Shown here one piece after another: positions 31,630 through 41,503 of a DNA stretch of 64,000 nucleotides. Position 1 is the stretch's first letter; each line of letters starts with the position of its first letter. The DNA comes from an uncultured bacterium (lineage in GTDB: Bacteria; Poribacteria; WGA-4E; JAJDTR01). The notes beneath the pieces are model-generated. The model worked only from the letters and a program-made list of their open reading frames with translations. It searched no databases and had not been told where the DNA came from. The position numbers and the translations under genes are program-made. Location of the stretch: the NCBI GenBank assembly GCA_964478165.1, contig CAYZGU010000007.1:33290-97289 (forward strand), written 5' to 3'.

Positions 31630-33187
31630 GAATCGCCTCGTGCGGAGAGTGCTCTGGATCGATGATGAGATTGACGCCCTGAAACCTCATATCCTTTTTC
31701 TGCATGAGAGGTCTTATGACGTTACTCCCGTGTCCAATGGTGCTGACGCTATTTCATTACTTAAAGCGTCTCGATACGATGCCATATTGCTGGATCAGAT
31801 GATGCCGGGCCAAGATGGAATGTCAATCCTCGATCGCGTTCGAAAGTTCGATCGCACTGTACCACTCATCATGGTGACACAATGCAGCGATGACTCATTA
31901 GTAAATGAAGCGCTCGGGAAACGGGTTAGTGATTTTCTGGTGAAACCTATTGGGGGTGCGCAGATTGCTTCCACATTAAAGCGTGTGCTAGATGAAGCGA
32001 AGATTATCGAGGAACAGGTTCCAAATAAGTATACAGAGGCCTTTAACCAGATTCGAGAGGCTAAAGAATCAAATCCTGATTGGCAGAAATGGATTGAAAT
32101 CTATCTAAAATTAGTAGAGTGGGATCTCGAATTCGATCTTCTCGCCGAAACTGGGCTTGATGAAGCGCACTTGGAACAGAAAAAAGAGTGCAACTCGCAA
32201 TTTTCTGATTATGTTGCCCGGAATTATGCCGGGTGGGTACGGGGAGAAAATTCCCCAATCCTGTCGGTTGATGTCTTGGATCGTTTTGTTATCCCGCACC
32301 TCCGCGCGGGAAAGCAGGTGTATTTTATTGTTGTTGATTGTTTGCGGCTAGATCATTGGTTGTCTATTGAACCCTTGGTGGAGCCATATTTTCACATTGA
32401 TCGAAACTACTATTTCTCAATTTTACCCAGCGCGACACTCTATGCGCGGAATGCCATTTTCAGTGGGCTTTTTCCACAGGAGCTCGCAGAAAACCTTCCT
32501 CAATACTGGCAGGAAGGTTCTGGAGCTCAAACGGGTAGTAATCGGTTTGAGAAAGAGTTATTGCAGCTGAAGCTACGTAATGCTGAACTGACCCTCAAAC
32601 CAAGTTTGAAGTATTTCAAAATTTTTGATAGCAAAGGAGGCAACGAATACATCCGACAGGTTTCTTCTTTTGAGCGGATTAGTCTCTCGGCGCTGATTGT
32701 CAATTTTTTGGACATATTGACACATCAACGTTCCCAGTCAGACGTGTTGCAACAGATGGCTCCAGATGAATCTGCGTTTCGCTCTATGGCGAAAACGTGG
32801 TTCGCGCACTCTGCTTTGTTCGAGATTTTAAAAATCATTGCTCCTCGAGATGCAGTTGTTGTGCTAACCACTGATCACGGTTCTGTAGTCTGTAACCGTC
32901 CGACTAAGGCATTCGGTAACAGAGAGACTTCTACGAGTCTTCGATTTAAAGTCGGCACAGATCTAAAGTGTGATAATTCCCAAGCTGTCCACATCAAGCA
33001 GCCAGAAACATATAAACTGCCGGCAGAAAGTTCAAAAAAGAACTATATTATTGCGAAGGACGACTACTATTTCGTTTATCCAAATCAGTTCCACGAGTAT
33101 ACTCGACAATTTCGGGGTGGCTTCCAGCATGGAGGCATCTCGATGGGGGAGTTAATCGTACCGGTAATTACAATGACATCCCGTTGA
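31622..33187 (+). CDS. Response regulator with a C-terminal PglZ (alkaline-phosphatase superfamily) domain, PorX-like
   Basis: Receiver domain: LWIDDEID acidic pocket, phospho-acceptor Asp in ILLDQMMPG, and a conserved Lys in LVKP. PglZ-like domain: IVVDCLRLDHW, TTDHGS, HGGISMGELIVP. The ATG overlaps the kinase stop codon (ATGTCTAA). Confidence 0.8.
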   Translation: MSKNRLVRRVLWIDDEIDALKPHILFLHERSYDVTPVSNGADAISLLKASRYDAILLDQMMPGQDGMSILDRVRKFDRTVPLIMVTQCSDDSLVNEALGKRVSDFLVKPIGGAQIASTLKRVLDEAKIIEEQVPNKYTEAFNQIREAKESNPDWQKWIEIYLKLVEWDLEFDLLAETGLDEAHLEQKKECNSQFSDYVARNYAGWVRGENSPILSVDVLDRFVIPHLRAGKQVYFIVVDCLRLDHWLSIEPLVEPYFHIDRNYYFSILPSATLYARNAIFSGLFPQELAENLPQYWQEGSGAQTGSNRFEKELLQLKLRNAELTLKPSLKYFKIFDSKGGNEYIRQVSSFERISLSALIVNFLDILTHQRSQSDVLQQMAPDESAFRSMAKTWFAHSALFEILKIIAPRDAVVVLTTDHGSVVCNRPTKAFGNRETSTSLRFKVGTDLKCDNSQAVHIKQPETYKLPAESSKKNYIIAKDDYYFVYPNQFHEYTRQFRGGFQHGGISMGELIVPVITMTSR

Positions 33188-33758
33188 GGAAAAGCGCGTT
33201 GGACTTATGCTATGTGCAGTCGCCTTCCTTAATATTTTGGATAAGACACAGACTGTCACTAAATGTTTGGTGAGTTCGCAGTGAAACTAGGAGCCTAGCT
33301 CCTTGACTTCCGCTGGAGCTGGGATTCAGCACTTGATCTGTTGTTTTCTTGACATTTCAAATTGTCCAACTGGTTGTGAGTGCGATTGTTTTGCGGCGAA
33401 TCATGTGTTCAGTGAACCGATCGAAGCTGTTGCTGAGAAGGAATTGTATCTTGGACCGTGTCCATGGTTTCAGAACGAAGGCTTTACCTGTGAAATTATG
33501 GCAGGACTGTAGACAAAACGAAGAACCCTTGATAATGCCGTGTGCTGGCTGTTGTGGAGTTAGATAGGGAAAAAAATGCTTTGGTGTACTGCTGTGACGA
33601 GTCGTAAGTTTTCATGTTCTGGGAATGTGTTGCGCAGTGGTAAAGTGTTGGTTTACCTTCGTTTATCCGGATGGTTTTATGCGTTGCCTCACTGATAGGT
33701 CGGTCGGAGATTGTTCAATGGGATGTTTCCATTCCACATTAGTTTTTAGGAGGCGACA

Positions 33759-35312
33759 ATGCCAAGAGAAATTCTCATCTCCTATGATGAGTATGAGTGT
33801 AGGTGTGCCATCATTCAAGATGGCGATTTGAGTGAAATCTATGTTGAGCGCGAAGAGGATGAACACATCTTAGGAAATATATATAAAGGTCGAGTTGAAA
33901 ACGTTCTTCCGGGTATGCAGAGCGCTTTCGTGGAAATAGGGTTGGAGAAACACGCGTTCCTTCATATTTCGGACATCAACTACGATTTTGACGAAGTGGA
34001 AGATGTGGAGGATAAGACGGCGGCAAAACTTGATTTAGGGTCCGACAAACCAACTCCTCGGAGAAATGGAAGAGCATCTTCGTACTCAATCAGCGATTTA
34101 GTTCACAAGAATCAGGAAATACTTGTACAGGTTGTCAAGGAACCTTTAGGAACCAAAGGACCGCGTGTTACAAGCTGTATTACCCTCCCAGGTCGCTATG
34201 TTGTATATCTTCCAACTTCATCAAACATAGGTGTTTCGCGCCGAATAGAATCCGCAGCGGAGAGGCAACGGCTCCGAGATATTGCCCAGAAGCTCCGCTC
34301 CGGCGTGGAAGGTGGTTTCATTATTCGCACAGCGGCTGAAGGGAGAAGTGAGGAAGAATTCTCAACGGAAATTCAATATCTGTTAGATCTGTGGAAAGAA
34401 CTTGGTGAACGCGGGAAAAAAATGCCGGTGCGGAGTCTCATTCGAGAGGACCTTGGGTTCGTTGGTCGAATTATTCGCGACTATTTCACAAACGATGTAA
34501 CGAAATTGGTTTTCGATTCCAAGACGCGGTACCAGGAGACTGTCGACTACCTTGCATCCGCGCTGCCGGAGCTCCGTTCTCGTGTTGAGTTGTATGAAAA
34601 GACCGTTCCACTTTTTGAGACAAACGGAGTAGAAAAAGAGCTTAAGAAAGCACTCAGCGAGAAGATTTGGCTTAAATGCGGTGGGCATATTATTATTCAG
34701 CAAACGGAAGCCATGGTTTCCATTGATGTCAACACCGGAAGATTCGTCGGGAAAAAGGATCCAGATAGTACCATCCTAAGTGCAAATCTTGAGGCTGTTG
34801 ACGAAATTGTTCGGCAAGCACGATTGAGAGACCTTGGGGGAATTATCGTTGTCGACTTCATCGACATGGATCGTATGGAACATCGAAAGATGGTTTTTAA
34901 AGCATTGCAAGAGGCACTGAAAGAAGATCGTTCTAGAACGAATATCCTCCACGTTTCAGATCTCGGGCTTGTCGAAATGACCCGACAACGTACGCGTCCA
35001 AGCCTTTCGTCATTGTTGACAGAATCTTGCCCTTATTGCGATGGTCATGGTCGTATTCTCTCTGTTGACACGATTACCATCAATCTACTTCGTTCAGTAA
35101 AGAAAGCTTATTGGAAATCTCGAAAGAAAAGGCTACGTGTTGTTGCTAATGAACTAATAGTATCCCATCTCCTTGATGGAGAATCGACAAAGCTACGTCA
35201 ATTAGAAAAAGCGATGAACCTAAAGATTAAGATTGATGAGGACGCGGACCTACATCTTGAGGACTATCGAATTCTTGCCGCCGATACGAATCGCGAAATT
35301 CATCTCGATTAG
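33759..35312 (+). CDS. rng: Rne/Rng family ribonuclease (RNase G-like, no scaffold extension)
   Basis: ATG after AGGAGG. S1 domain (GNIYKGRVENVLPGMQSAFVEIG), catalytic-core segments IIIQQTEAMVSIDVNTG and VVDFIDM, and a CPYCDGHG zinc link. Confidence 0.85.
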   Translation: MPREILISYDEYECRCAIIQDGDLSEIYVEREEDEHILGNIYKGRVENVLPGMQSAFVEIGLEKHAFLHISDINYDFDEVEDVEDKTAAKLDLGSDKPTPRRNGRASSYSISDLVHKNQEILVQVVKEPLGTKGPRVTSCITLPGRYVVYLPTSSNIGVSRRIESAAERQRLRDIAQKLRSGVEGGFIIRTAAEGRSEEEFSTEIQYLLDLWKELGERGKKMPVRSLIREDLGFVGRIIRDYFTNDVTKLVFDSKTRYQETVDYLASALPELRSRVELYEKTVPLFETNGVEKELKKALSEKIWLKCGGHIIIQQTEAMVSIDVNTGRFVGKKDPDSTILSANLEAVDEIVRQARLRDLGGIIVVDFIDMDRMEHRKMVFKALQEALKEDRSRTNILHVSDLGLVEMTRQRTRPSLSSLLTESCPYCDGHGRILSVDTITINLLRSVKKAYWKSRKKRLRVVANELIVSHLLDGESTKLRQLEKAMNLKIKIDEDADLHLEDYRILAADTNREIHLD

Positions 35313-35419
35313 TGACTTCGGATACGTGACGCGCCTCTGCTGAGCGTCCATGGTGTATTGCCCAGCTTCTTTTTGTGTTGTACTCCAACATTTTTAGCTT
35401 TGTATTAGTCGATAAGAAG

Positions 35420-35448
35420 TTGACGCAAACCATCAACTATGTTACAAT
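35420..35448 (+). promoter_or_regulatory. Sigma70-type promoter about 425 nt upstream of rplU
   Basis: TTGACG (35420-35425), 17-nt spacer, TACAAT (35443-35448). Confidence 0.45.
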
Positions 35449-35873
35449 TTAACCCTGTTGGCCCCGTGAGTTAAATCGAGTTCGGATGGTACGTTCGAAA
35501 TATGTCTGCGTGTCCTTTGGAATGTCCCGCGTTTCGTCGGCGTTAGGACCAAGCGTAGGATCGCTGACGATTCATTAGTCATCAGCTCTGTTTGCTCTTT
35601 GGAAGCTTAATCGCTATGGAAAAATCTAGTGCATCTAGTATGTTTTTACAATATGGATATTTGTTGGTTGTGCTTTTCTGAATCGGCATGTTACAAGCTT
35701 ATCTCCATTCGTTGTTCAGGTAGAATCGACGCCTTTGTTACAGCACCGTAACAGATTTCGCAAGCCCCTCGTGGAAAAGGTCTTGCACTGGTTCTTATCA
35801 CTCGTGTTATCTGGTGGTGTCGACGATGTTAGACCGGAGGCATCGGCACTGTTTATCATCAAGAGGAGAAAAA

Positions 35874-36227
35874 ATGAACGCAGTATTTGCCACGGGCGGA
35901 AAGCAACATCGTGTTGAGGTGGGTTCGTTAATCGATGTTGAAAAGGTTGAAGTACCTGTGGGTGAGGAAGTTACGTTTACGGAAGTCCTAGCGGTAGAAG
36001 ACGACGACGGAAACCTTCGAGTCGGTCAGCCACATGTAGAGAATAGTGCAGTCGTCGGCGAAGTCGTACAACAGGGCAAGGAAAAGAAGATAATTGTTTT
36101 CAAATCCAAAAGACGCAAAGGTTATAAGCGAAAGTTAGGACATCGTCAGCGGTTTTCACGGCTAAAAATCACGGACATTCAGCTTTCCAGTTCCAAATTG
36201 GATAAGGAGGTAGGAGATGGCGCATAA
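35874..36227 (+). CDS. rplU: 50S ribosomal protein L21
   Basis: [15 protein letters not shown]-terminus. ATG follows AGAGGAG. The ORF-track start at 35814 is an extension. Confidence 0.9.
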   Translation: MNAVFATGGKQHRVEVGSLIDVEKVEVPVGEEVTFTEVLAVEDDDGNLRVGQPHVENSAVVGEVVQQGKEKKIIVFKSKRRKGYKRKLGHRQRFSRLKITDIQLSSSKLDKEVGDGA

Positions 36228-36483
36228 GAAAGGCGGCGGTAGTACCGGCAACGGGCGTGACACTATTGGAAAACGACTCGGCATTAAGAAATTTTCTGGG
36301 AATTACGTGACGGCTGGGAGTATACTCGTTCGGCAACGCGGTACAAGCCTCCATCCCGGAAAGAATGTTGGGCTTGGAAGGGACTACACAATTTTTTCAA
36401 AGATTGATGGCTATGTCTGGTTTGAACAGAAAGGCAAATTCCGACGGAAGATTAGTGTCTATTCAGACCGTCCCGACTTCTAG
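36217..36483 (+). CDS. rpmA: 50S ribosomal protein L27
   Basis: [15 protein letters not shown]...[10 protein letters not shown]. Overlaps the rplU 3' end. Confidence 0.95.
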   Translation: MAHKKGGGSTGNGRDTIGKRLGIKKFSGNYVTAGSILVRQRGTSLHPGKNVGLGRDYTIFSKIDGYVWFEQKGKFRRKISVYSDRPDF

Positions 36484-36514
36484 TTCTTTCGATAAGTTTT
36501 CTGTTAAATGCAAA

Positions 36515-36544
36515 GCCTCGCGACCTAGCGGGGCTTTTTTATTT
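36515..36544 (+). terminator. Intrinsic terminator after rpmA
   Basis: Stem GCCTCGC/GCGGGGC (7 bp, one G-U pair, 6-nt loop) followed by TTTTTTATTT. Confidence 0.7.
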
Positions 36545-36566
36545 GTTCGAACACCTATTCAAACTC

Positions 36567-36575
36567 TGGTATAAT
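36567..36575 (+). promoter_or_regulatory. Extended -10 promoter element upstream of obg
   Basis: TGgTATAAT, 33 nt upstream of the obg GTG and directly after the rpmA terminator. The -35 element is poor. Confidence 0.4.
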
Positions 36576-36607
36576 GCACCAAGCATTCGGGTGTCTGGAG
36601 CGATGCC

Positions 36608-37900
36608 GTGAACGTTGACACAGCGAAGATATTTGTAAAAGGTGGAAGGGGTGGAAATGGGTGTATCAGCTTTCGCCGTGAGAAGTATGTCCCGCGTGGC
36701 GGTCCAAACGGTGGAGACGGAGGACACGGTGGTAGCGTCATCCTACAAGCAAGTGAAGGGCTGAGTACTCTCATTGATTTGAGGCATAATCCTCAACAGA
36801 TTGCTGACGATGGCAAGCACGGCATGGGAAAACTGATGCACGGGGCGGATGCTGTAGATTGTGTAGTCCGAGTTCCGGGCGGCACAATCGTACGCGATGC
36901 CGTAAGTTTGAAAACTCTCGCCGATCTCACTTCGAGCAATCAGCGCGTCATAGTCGCTAGAGGAGGAATCGGTGGGAAGGGAAACAACCACTTTAAGAGT
37001 AGCACGTTTCAGACACCTCGCGTGGCCGAAAAGGGGGAACTTGGTGAAGAGCGTACAATTGCACTAGAGGTGAAGGTCATTGCGGATGTTGGACTCATTG
37101 GATATCCGAATGCGGGAAAATCAACATTACTTCAACGAACTTCGTCGGCGAGGCCAAAGATTGCGCCGTATCCGTTCACGACACTTGCCCCTAATCTTGG
37201 TGTTGTACGAATTGACTCAGAACAAAACTTTGTCCTTGCGGACATTCCCGGCTTAATAGAAGGTGCCCACGCAGGTGCTGGACTCGGACATGACTTCCTT
37301 CGCCATATCGAGCGGACAAAGTTGCTCATTCACGTGATTGATGTTGCGGCTATTGATGGCCGTAATCCCATCGAGGATTACGAAAAAGTCAATCAAGAAC
37401 TTAAGGGACATGATCCGCGTGTAATCGGATTGCCACAGTTAATTGCGTTGAACAAGATGGACATGCCTGACGCCCAGACGAACCTGTCTTGTATTCGTGA
37501 TTACTTCGGAAATCAACAGGTTTTCCCCATCTCGGGGTTAACCGGCCAAGGCGTTGGAGCGTTAGTCCGTGCTACATATCGACGTCTACAACAGATTAAT
37601 GCTGAACATGTCGACTATGATCCGTTAGTTGAAAGTTCAGTGGCCCAGGCTCCAATCCCACGCAGTCGATTCGAGTTTAGCAAACACGGCGATTGTTTTG
37701 TGGTGGTTGGTGACGAAGTTCGTCGTGCGGTGCAGATGACGGACATGGAAAACGATCAGGCGCTTATCCTGCTCCATCGTAAGTTCAAACGAATGGGGCT
37801 CATCAACGCTCTCAATAAGGCCGGAATCAAAGAGGGAGATACAGTCCGAATTGATGAACTCGAGTTCGCATACAGCAACAGTGGAATTGACACCGGCTGA
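36608..37900 (+). CDS. obg: GTPase Obg/CgtA
   Basis: Glycine-rich Obg fold GGRGGNGCISFRREKYVPRGGPNGGDGGHGG, G1 GYPNAGKST, G3 DIPGLIEGA, G4 NKMD, and a C-terminal OCT-like domain. GTG start. Confidence 0.9.
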   Translation: MNVDTAKIFVKGGRGGNGCISFRREKYVPRGGPNGGDGGHGGSVILQASEGLSTLIDLRHNPQQIADDGKHGMGKLMHGADAVDCVVRVPGGTIVRDAVSLKTLADLTSSNQRVIVARGGIGGKGNNHFKSSTFQTPRVAEKGELGEERTIALEVKVIADVGLIGYPNAGKSTLLQRTSSARPKIAPYPFTTLAPNLGVVRIDSEQNFVLADIPGLIEGAHAGAGLGHDFLRHIERTKLLIHVIDVAAIDGRNPIEDYEKVNQELKGHDPRVIGLPQLIALNKMDMPDAQTNLSCIRDYFGNQQVFPISGLTGQGVGALVRATYRRLQQINAEHVDYDPLVESSVAQAPIPRSRFEFSKHGDCFVVVGDEVRRAVQMTDMENDQALILLHRKFKRMGLINALNKAGIKEGDTVRIDELEFAYSNSGIDTG

Positions 37901-39023
37901 TCGATGTGTCTTACTTTCAGCTGTCAAGCGTGTCGTTGTAAAGGTGGGTAGTAGCACGATCTCGCGAAGGTTCAAACTGAATGAGACCGCTCTAGATTGT
38001 CTAGTAAAGGATTTGGCAGCCGTCAAGACCGCGGGAAAAGAAGTGATTCTTGTGACTTCGGGTGCGATTGCCGCCGGCGTAGGAACCCTGGGTCTATCAA
38101 CTCGTCCACAGACCATACCTGGCCTTCAGGCAGCGGCCGCGGTGGGACAAAGTCGGCTGATGCACGCTTACAAGAATCGCTTCCAGGAGTATCGTGAGAT
38201 GACGGCAATGATGCTTCTCACCCAGGAAGACTTTAATGATCGCAAACGTTATATTAATATTAGTAATACCTTAAATACGCTGTTACAACTTGGGACAATT
38301 CCAATCATCAACGAAAATGATACGGTTGCAGTGGAGGAGATTAAGGTCGGGGACAATGATACACTTTCTGCACACGTTACCAACCTCGCCGACGCGGATC
38401 TGCTTATTGTTTTAACCGATCAGGCCGGATTCTATACGGCAGATCCGCGCAAACATGTGAATACGGAGTTAATCGACGTTGTTCCAGCGATTACCGAGAG
38501 TGTTAGGCAGGCTGCCGGCAAGGCTGGAACTGGATATGGTACGGGTGGAATGGTAACCAAGCTACGTGCCGCCGAAATTGTAACGGGCTCAGGCGAAATG
38601 ATGGTCCTTGCGAGTGGAAAAGAACCTGAAGTTGTCAGTCGGATTCTTGACGGCGAATCCATTGGTACACTATTCTTGCCACAAATGCGCATATCTTCGC
38701 GGAAACGGTGGATTGCTTATTCTCGTCCGCCGAAGGGGCGCTTACTTGTGGATGATGGTGCTCGACGCGCCCTGACATGTCGCGGGAAAAGCCTGCTTCC
38801 ATCAGGCTTGCGGAGTGTCGAAGGTGATTTTGAATATGGGGATACCGTCTCGTGCCTCGGTGAGAATCGTCAGGAATTTGGTCGTGGATTGGTAAATTAC
38901 AACACGAAGGACATAGTGAAGATTGTGGGAAAACAGACAGCTGAGATTGAAGAGATTCTCGGCGCACGCTATTACGACGAGGTAATTCACCGAGATAATT
39001 TGGTCTTAATGCAAAAGAAATAA
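37851..39023 (+). CDS. proB: Glutamate 5-kinase with a C-terminal PUA domain
   Basis: VVVKVGSSTIS, amino-acid-kinase core, and PUA-like GRLLVDDGA...GDTVSC. ATG 37851 would overlap obg by 50 nt. In-frame GTG 37881 and TTG 37887 are alternatives. Confidence 0.85.
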   Translation: MMNSSSHTATVELTPADRCVLLSAVKRVVVKVGSSTISRRFKLNETALDCLVKDLAAVKTAGKEVILVTSGAIAAGVGTLGLSTRPQTIPGLQAAAAVGQSRLMHAYKNRFQEYREMTAMMLLTQEDFNDRKRYINISNTLNTLLQLGTIPIINENDTVAVEEIKVGDNDTLSAHVTNLADADLLIVLTDQAGFYTADPRKHVNTELIDVVPAITESVRQAAGKAGTGYGTGGMVTKLRAAEIVTGSGEMMVLASGKEPEVVSRILDGESIGTLFLPQMRISSRKRWIAYSRPPKGRLLVDDGARRALTCRGKSLLPSGLRSVEGDFEYGDTVSCLGENRQEFGRGLVNYNTKDIVKIVGKQTAEIEEILGARYYDEVIHRDNLVLMQKK

Positions 39024-39155
39024 AGTCCTGCGTGTGATGCGTAGTGAGCGAGATGAAACGAAAATTTTGCGTCGCTTAGACGAGCATGTTGTGCAAAGAG
39101 CTGACCCCCAAGAGCAGAGAACAATGGGTTAACTCAATCAGAAGGAGATCGACGT

Positions 39156-40418
39156 GTGAATCAAACAATCCATGAAATGATTAAATCGAAAGCCCTGGCT
39201 GCAAAATCGGCGATGCGTAGAATCTCGAAAAGTTCTTCGGAAGTTCGGAATAGTGCGCTTCTAGCCATGGCAGATTGCGTTTTGACATTCAAAGACGAGA
39301 TTCGGGAAGCGAACGAGATTGATTTGCAACATGGTCGCAAATCAGGGCTTGCTGAACCATTGATGAGTCGGCTCGCGCTTGATGATGCGAAGATTGAACG
39401 GATGGCGAACAACCTAAGGGAAGTCGCTGCTCTACCCGATCCAATAGGGGAAGTCCTACATATGGGTGAGCGTCCAAATGGGCTTCAGATTGGGACTGTT
39501 CGCGTTCCTATTGGGGTTGTCGGTGTTATTTATGAGTCACGACCAGATGTCACTGTTGAGGTGTCGGCTTTGTGCATCAAGTCTGGCAACGCTGTTATCT
39601 TGCGAGGCGGATCGGAAGCAATTCATTCAAACAATACTCTGGCACGAATATTGATTGAGGCGGCGGAAAGTCGCGATATCGGTCATGTGGTACAGTGTGT
39701 TGATATTACCGATAGGCAGGCGGTACAGGCGATGATTTCAATGTCAGGGATGATTGACCTCATTGTGCCTCGTGGAAGCCAGGAGTTCATCCGCCACATT
39801 ATGAAGGCATCTGATATTCCAGTTGTTGGACATGCGGATGGAATTTGTCATGTGTATGTTGATGATGCTGCAGAACTTGAGATGGCAGAGAAAATCTGTA
39901 TGAATGCAAAGCTGGGATATAAAGTGGCCGTGTGCAATGCGATGGAAACGCTACTTGTTCATGAAGCCATTGCACCGAGATTTCTTCCGGGAATGTGCAA
40001 ACAGTTTCTCGAGAAGGACGTGGAACTTCGTGGGTGTGAGAAAACGCAGAAGATTTGTACTGACGCTATTCCAGCAAACACGAGTGATTGGGAGACCGAG
40101 TATCTCGATAAGATTTTGTCGGTGAGGGTAGTGGCTGATTTTAACCAAGCGGTCGAGCACATAGAAACTTACGGTTCCCACCATTCGGATGCAATCATTA
40201 CCGAGAGCTATTCAAATGCGCAACGCTTTCTTAGGGATGTAGATTCTGCGGTGGTATATGTCAATGCCAGTACCTGTTTCACCGATGGCTATGAGTTTGG
40301 TCTTGGAGCCGAGGTGGGCATTAGCACGCAAAAGCTGCACTGCCGAGGACCGATGGGGCTTGAGGGGTTGACAAGTTACAAATACGTGGTTCGGGGAAAT
40401 GGACAGGTAAGATCTTGA
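39156..40418 (+). CDS. proA: Glutamate-5-semialdehyde dehydrogenase (gamma-glutamyl phosphate reductase)
   Basis: ALDH-fold ProA pattern (IGVVGVIYESRPDVT, catalytic Cys in VCNAMETLLVH, HHSDAIIT). Follows proB. Confidence 0.9.
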   Translation: MNQTIHEMIKSKALAAKSAMRRISKSSSEVRNSALLAMADCVLTFKDEIREANEIDLQHGRKSGLAEPLMSRLALDDAKIERMANNLREVAALPDPIGEVLHMGERPNGLQIGTVRVPIGVVGVIYESRPDVTVEVSALCIKSGNAVILRGGSEAIHSNNTLARILIEAAESRDIGHVVQCVDITDRQAVQAMISMSGMIDLIVPRGSQEFIRHIMKASDIPVVGHADGICHVYVDDAAELEMAEKICMNAKLGYKVAVCNAMETLLVHEAIAPRFLPGMCKQFLEKDVELRGCEKTQKICTDAIPANTSDWETEYLDKILSVRVVADFNQAVEHIETYGSHHSDAIITESYSNAQRFLRDVDSAVVYVNASTCFTDGYEFGLGAEVGISTQKLHCRGPMGLEGLTSYKYVVRGNGQVRS

Positions 40419-40420
40419 GA

Positions 40421-40459
40421 TAGCTGGTTCAGTCCTAGCCCATGGATCTGAACCAGCTA
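40421..40459. terminator. Bidirectional hairpin between convergent proA and the dehydrogenase gene
   Basis: Perfect 12-bp stem tagctggttcag/ctgaaccagcta with a 15-nt loop, starting 3 nt after the proA stop. There is no clear U-tract on either strand. Confidence 0.4.
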
Positions 40460-40531
40460 TGCAAAATCAATGGCGCAAAGGCATCATCAAGACTTAGAAA
40501 AATGACACGGATATCTGCCTTCTACCAAGGG

Positions 40532-41440
40532 CTACCCCACTCTTGTGCCTGACATTTGTTCTAACGCAAGTGTTAGTGCGTGTGTGCCCAAACGGCCATG
40601 CCCCTGAGCTTGTACAGCAATGTAAAGCTGATGCACAAGCGCAAGGCCTGGAAGGCTTAGTCCCATGTTTTTGGCTTCATCAAGTGCTATTCCCATGTCT
40701 TTGATAAAATGTTCGACGAAAAATCCGGGATCAAAGTTCCGTTTCAAGACGCGAGGTGCTAGATTGTCAAGTGTCCAACATGCCGCCGCGCCTCCGCCGA
40801 TTGATGACAGCATGGTTTCTAGTTCTAAACCGGCTTTGTGACCATAAATGAGCGCTTCACAGACCCCAATCATTGTTCCAGCGATTGTGATTTGATTGCA
40901 CATTTTTGTGTGTTGGCCCGCTCCGGCATTGCCCTGGTGGACGATGTTCTTTCCCATCGCTTCGAAGAGCGGCATGACGGTGGTGACTGCTCCTTTATCA
41001 CCACCTACCATGATGGATAGCCTTGCTTCCCTTGCGCCGACATCCCCTCCTGAAACTGGAGCATCGATAGAGTCGATTCCCTGCGCCTTGGCACAATTGT
41101 AGATCTCCTTTGCCAATGACGGTTCTGTGGTCGTCATATCGACGACAATAGAACCGTCATTGGCGCCTTTTAAAATTCCCTGGTCGCCCAGATAGACATC
41201 GCGAACATCTGGTGGAAAGCCGACAATTGTGAAAATTACGTCTGAATTGGCTGCAACTTCACGTGAAGAATCTGCCCCAATGGCACCGGCGTCAAGCAAT
41301 GGTTGTGTTTTCGCCTTCGTTCGGTTGAAGACAGTTGCCGAGTAACCGAGATTCATCAGGTGCTGGCACATCCACCGTCCCATGACACCGGTACCAATCC
41401 AGCCAATTCTTGTTTTTCCAGGTGCTACTGTCATATCCAT
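40532..41440 (-). CDS. Beta-hydroxyacid dehydrogenase (3-hydroxyisobutyrate / 2-hydroxy-3-oxopropionate reductase family)
   Basis: [10 protein letters not shown] Rossmann motif, DAPVSGG, and a catalytic Lys region [14 protein letters not shown] 41440 follows AAGGAG. The ORF-track start at 41497 is an extension. Confidence 0.8.
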   Translation of the reverse strand: MDMTVAPGKTRIGWIGTGVMGRWMCQHLMNLGYSATVFNRTKAKTQPLLDAGAIGADSSREVAANSDVIFTIVGFPPDVRDVYLGDQGILKGANDGSIVVDMTTTEPSLAKEIYNCAKAQGIDSIDAPVSGGDVGAREARLSIMVGGDKGAVTTVMPLFEAMGKNIVHQGNAGAGQHTKMCNQITIAGTMIGVCEALIYGHKAGLELETMLSSIGGGAAACWTLDNLAPRVLKRNFDPGFFVEHFIKDMGIALDEAKNMGLSLPGLALVHQLYIAVQAQGHGRLGTHALTLALEQMSGTRVG

Positions 41441-41503
41441 AATTGTCTCCTTATTATGTGCAATTTTTAGGTTTGAGGCGCAACTAACAATGCGCATACA
41501 AAA

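Noticed and set aside
37637-38116. 159-aa minus-strand ORF.
   Set aside because: It is antisense to the obg 3' end and the proB 5' end, both strongly supported. It is a shadow ORF.
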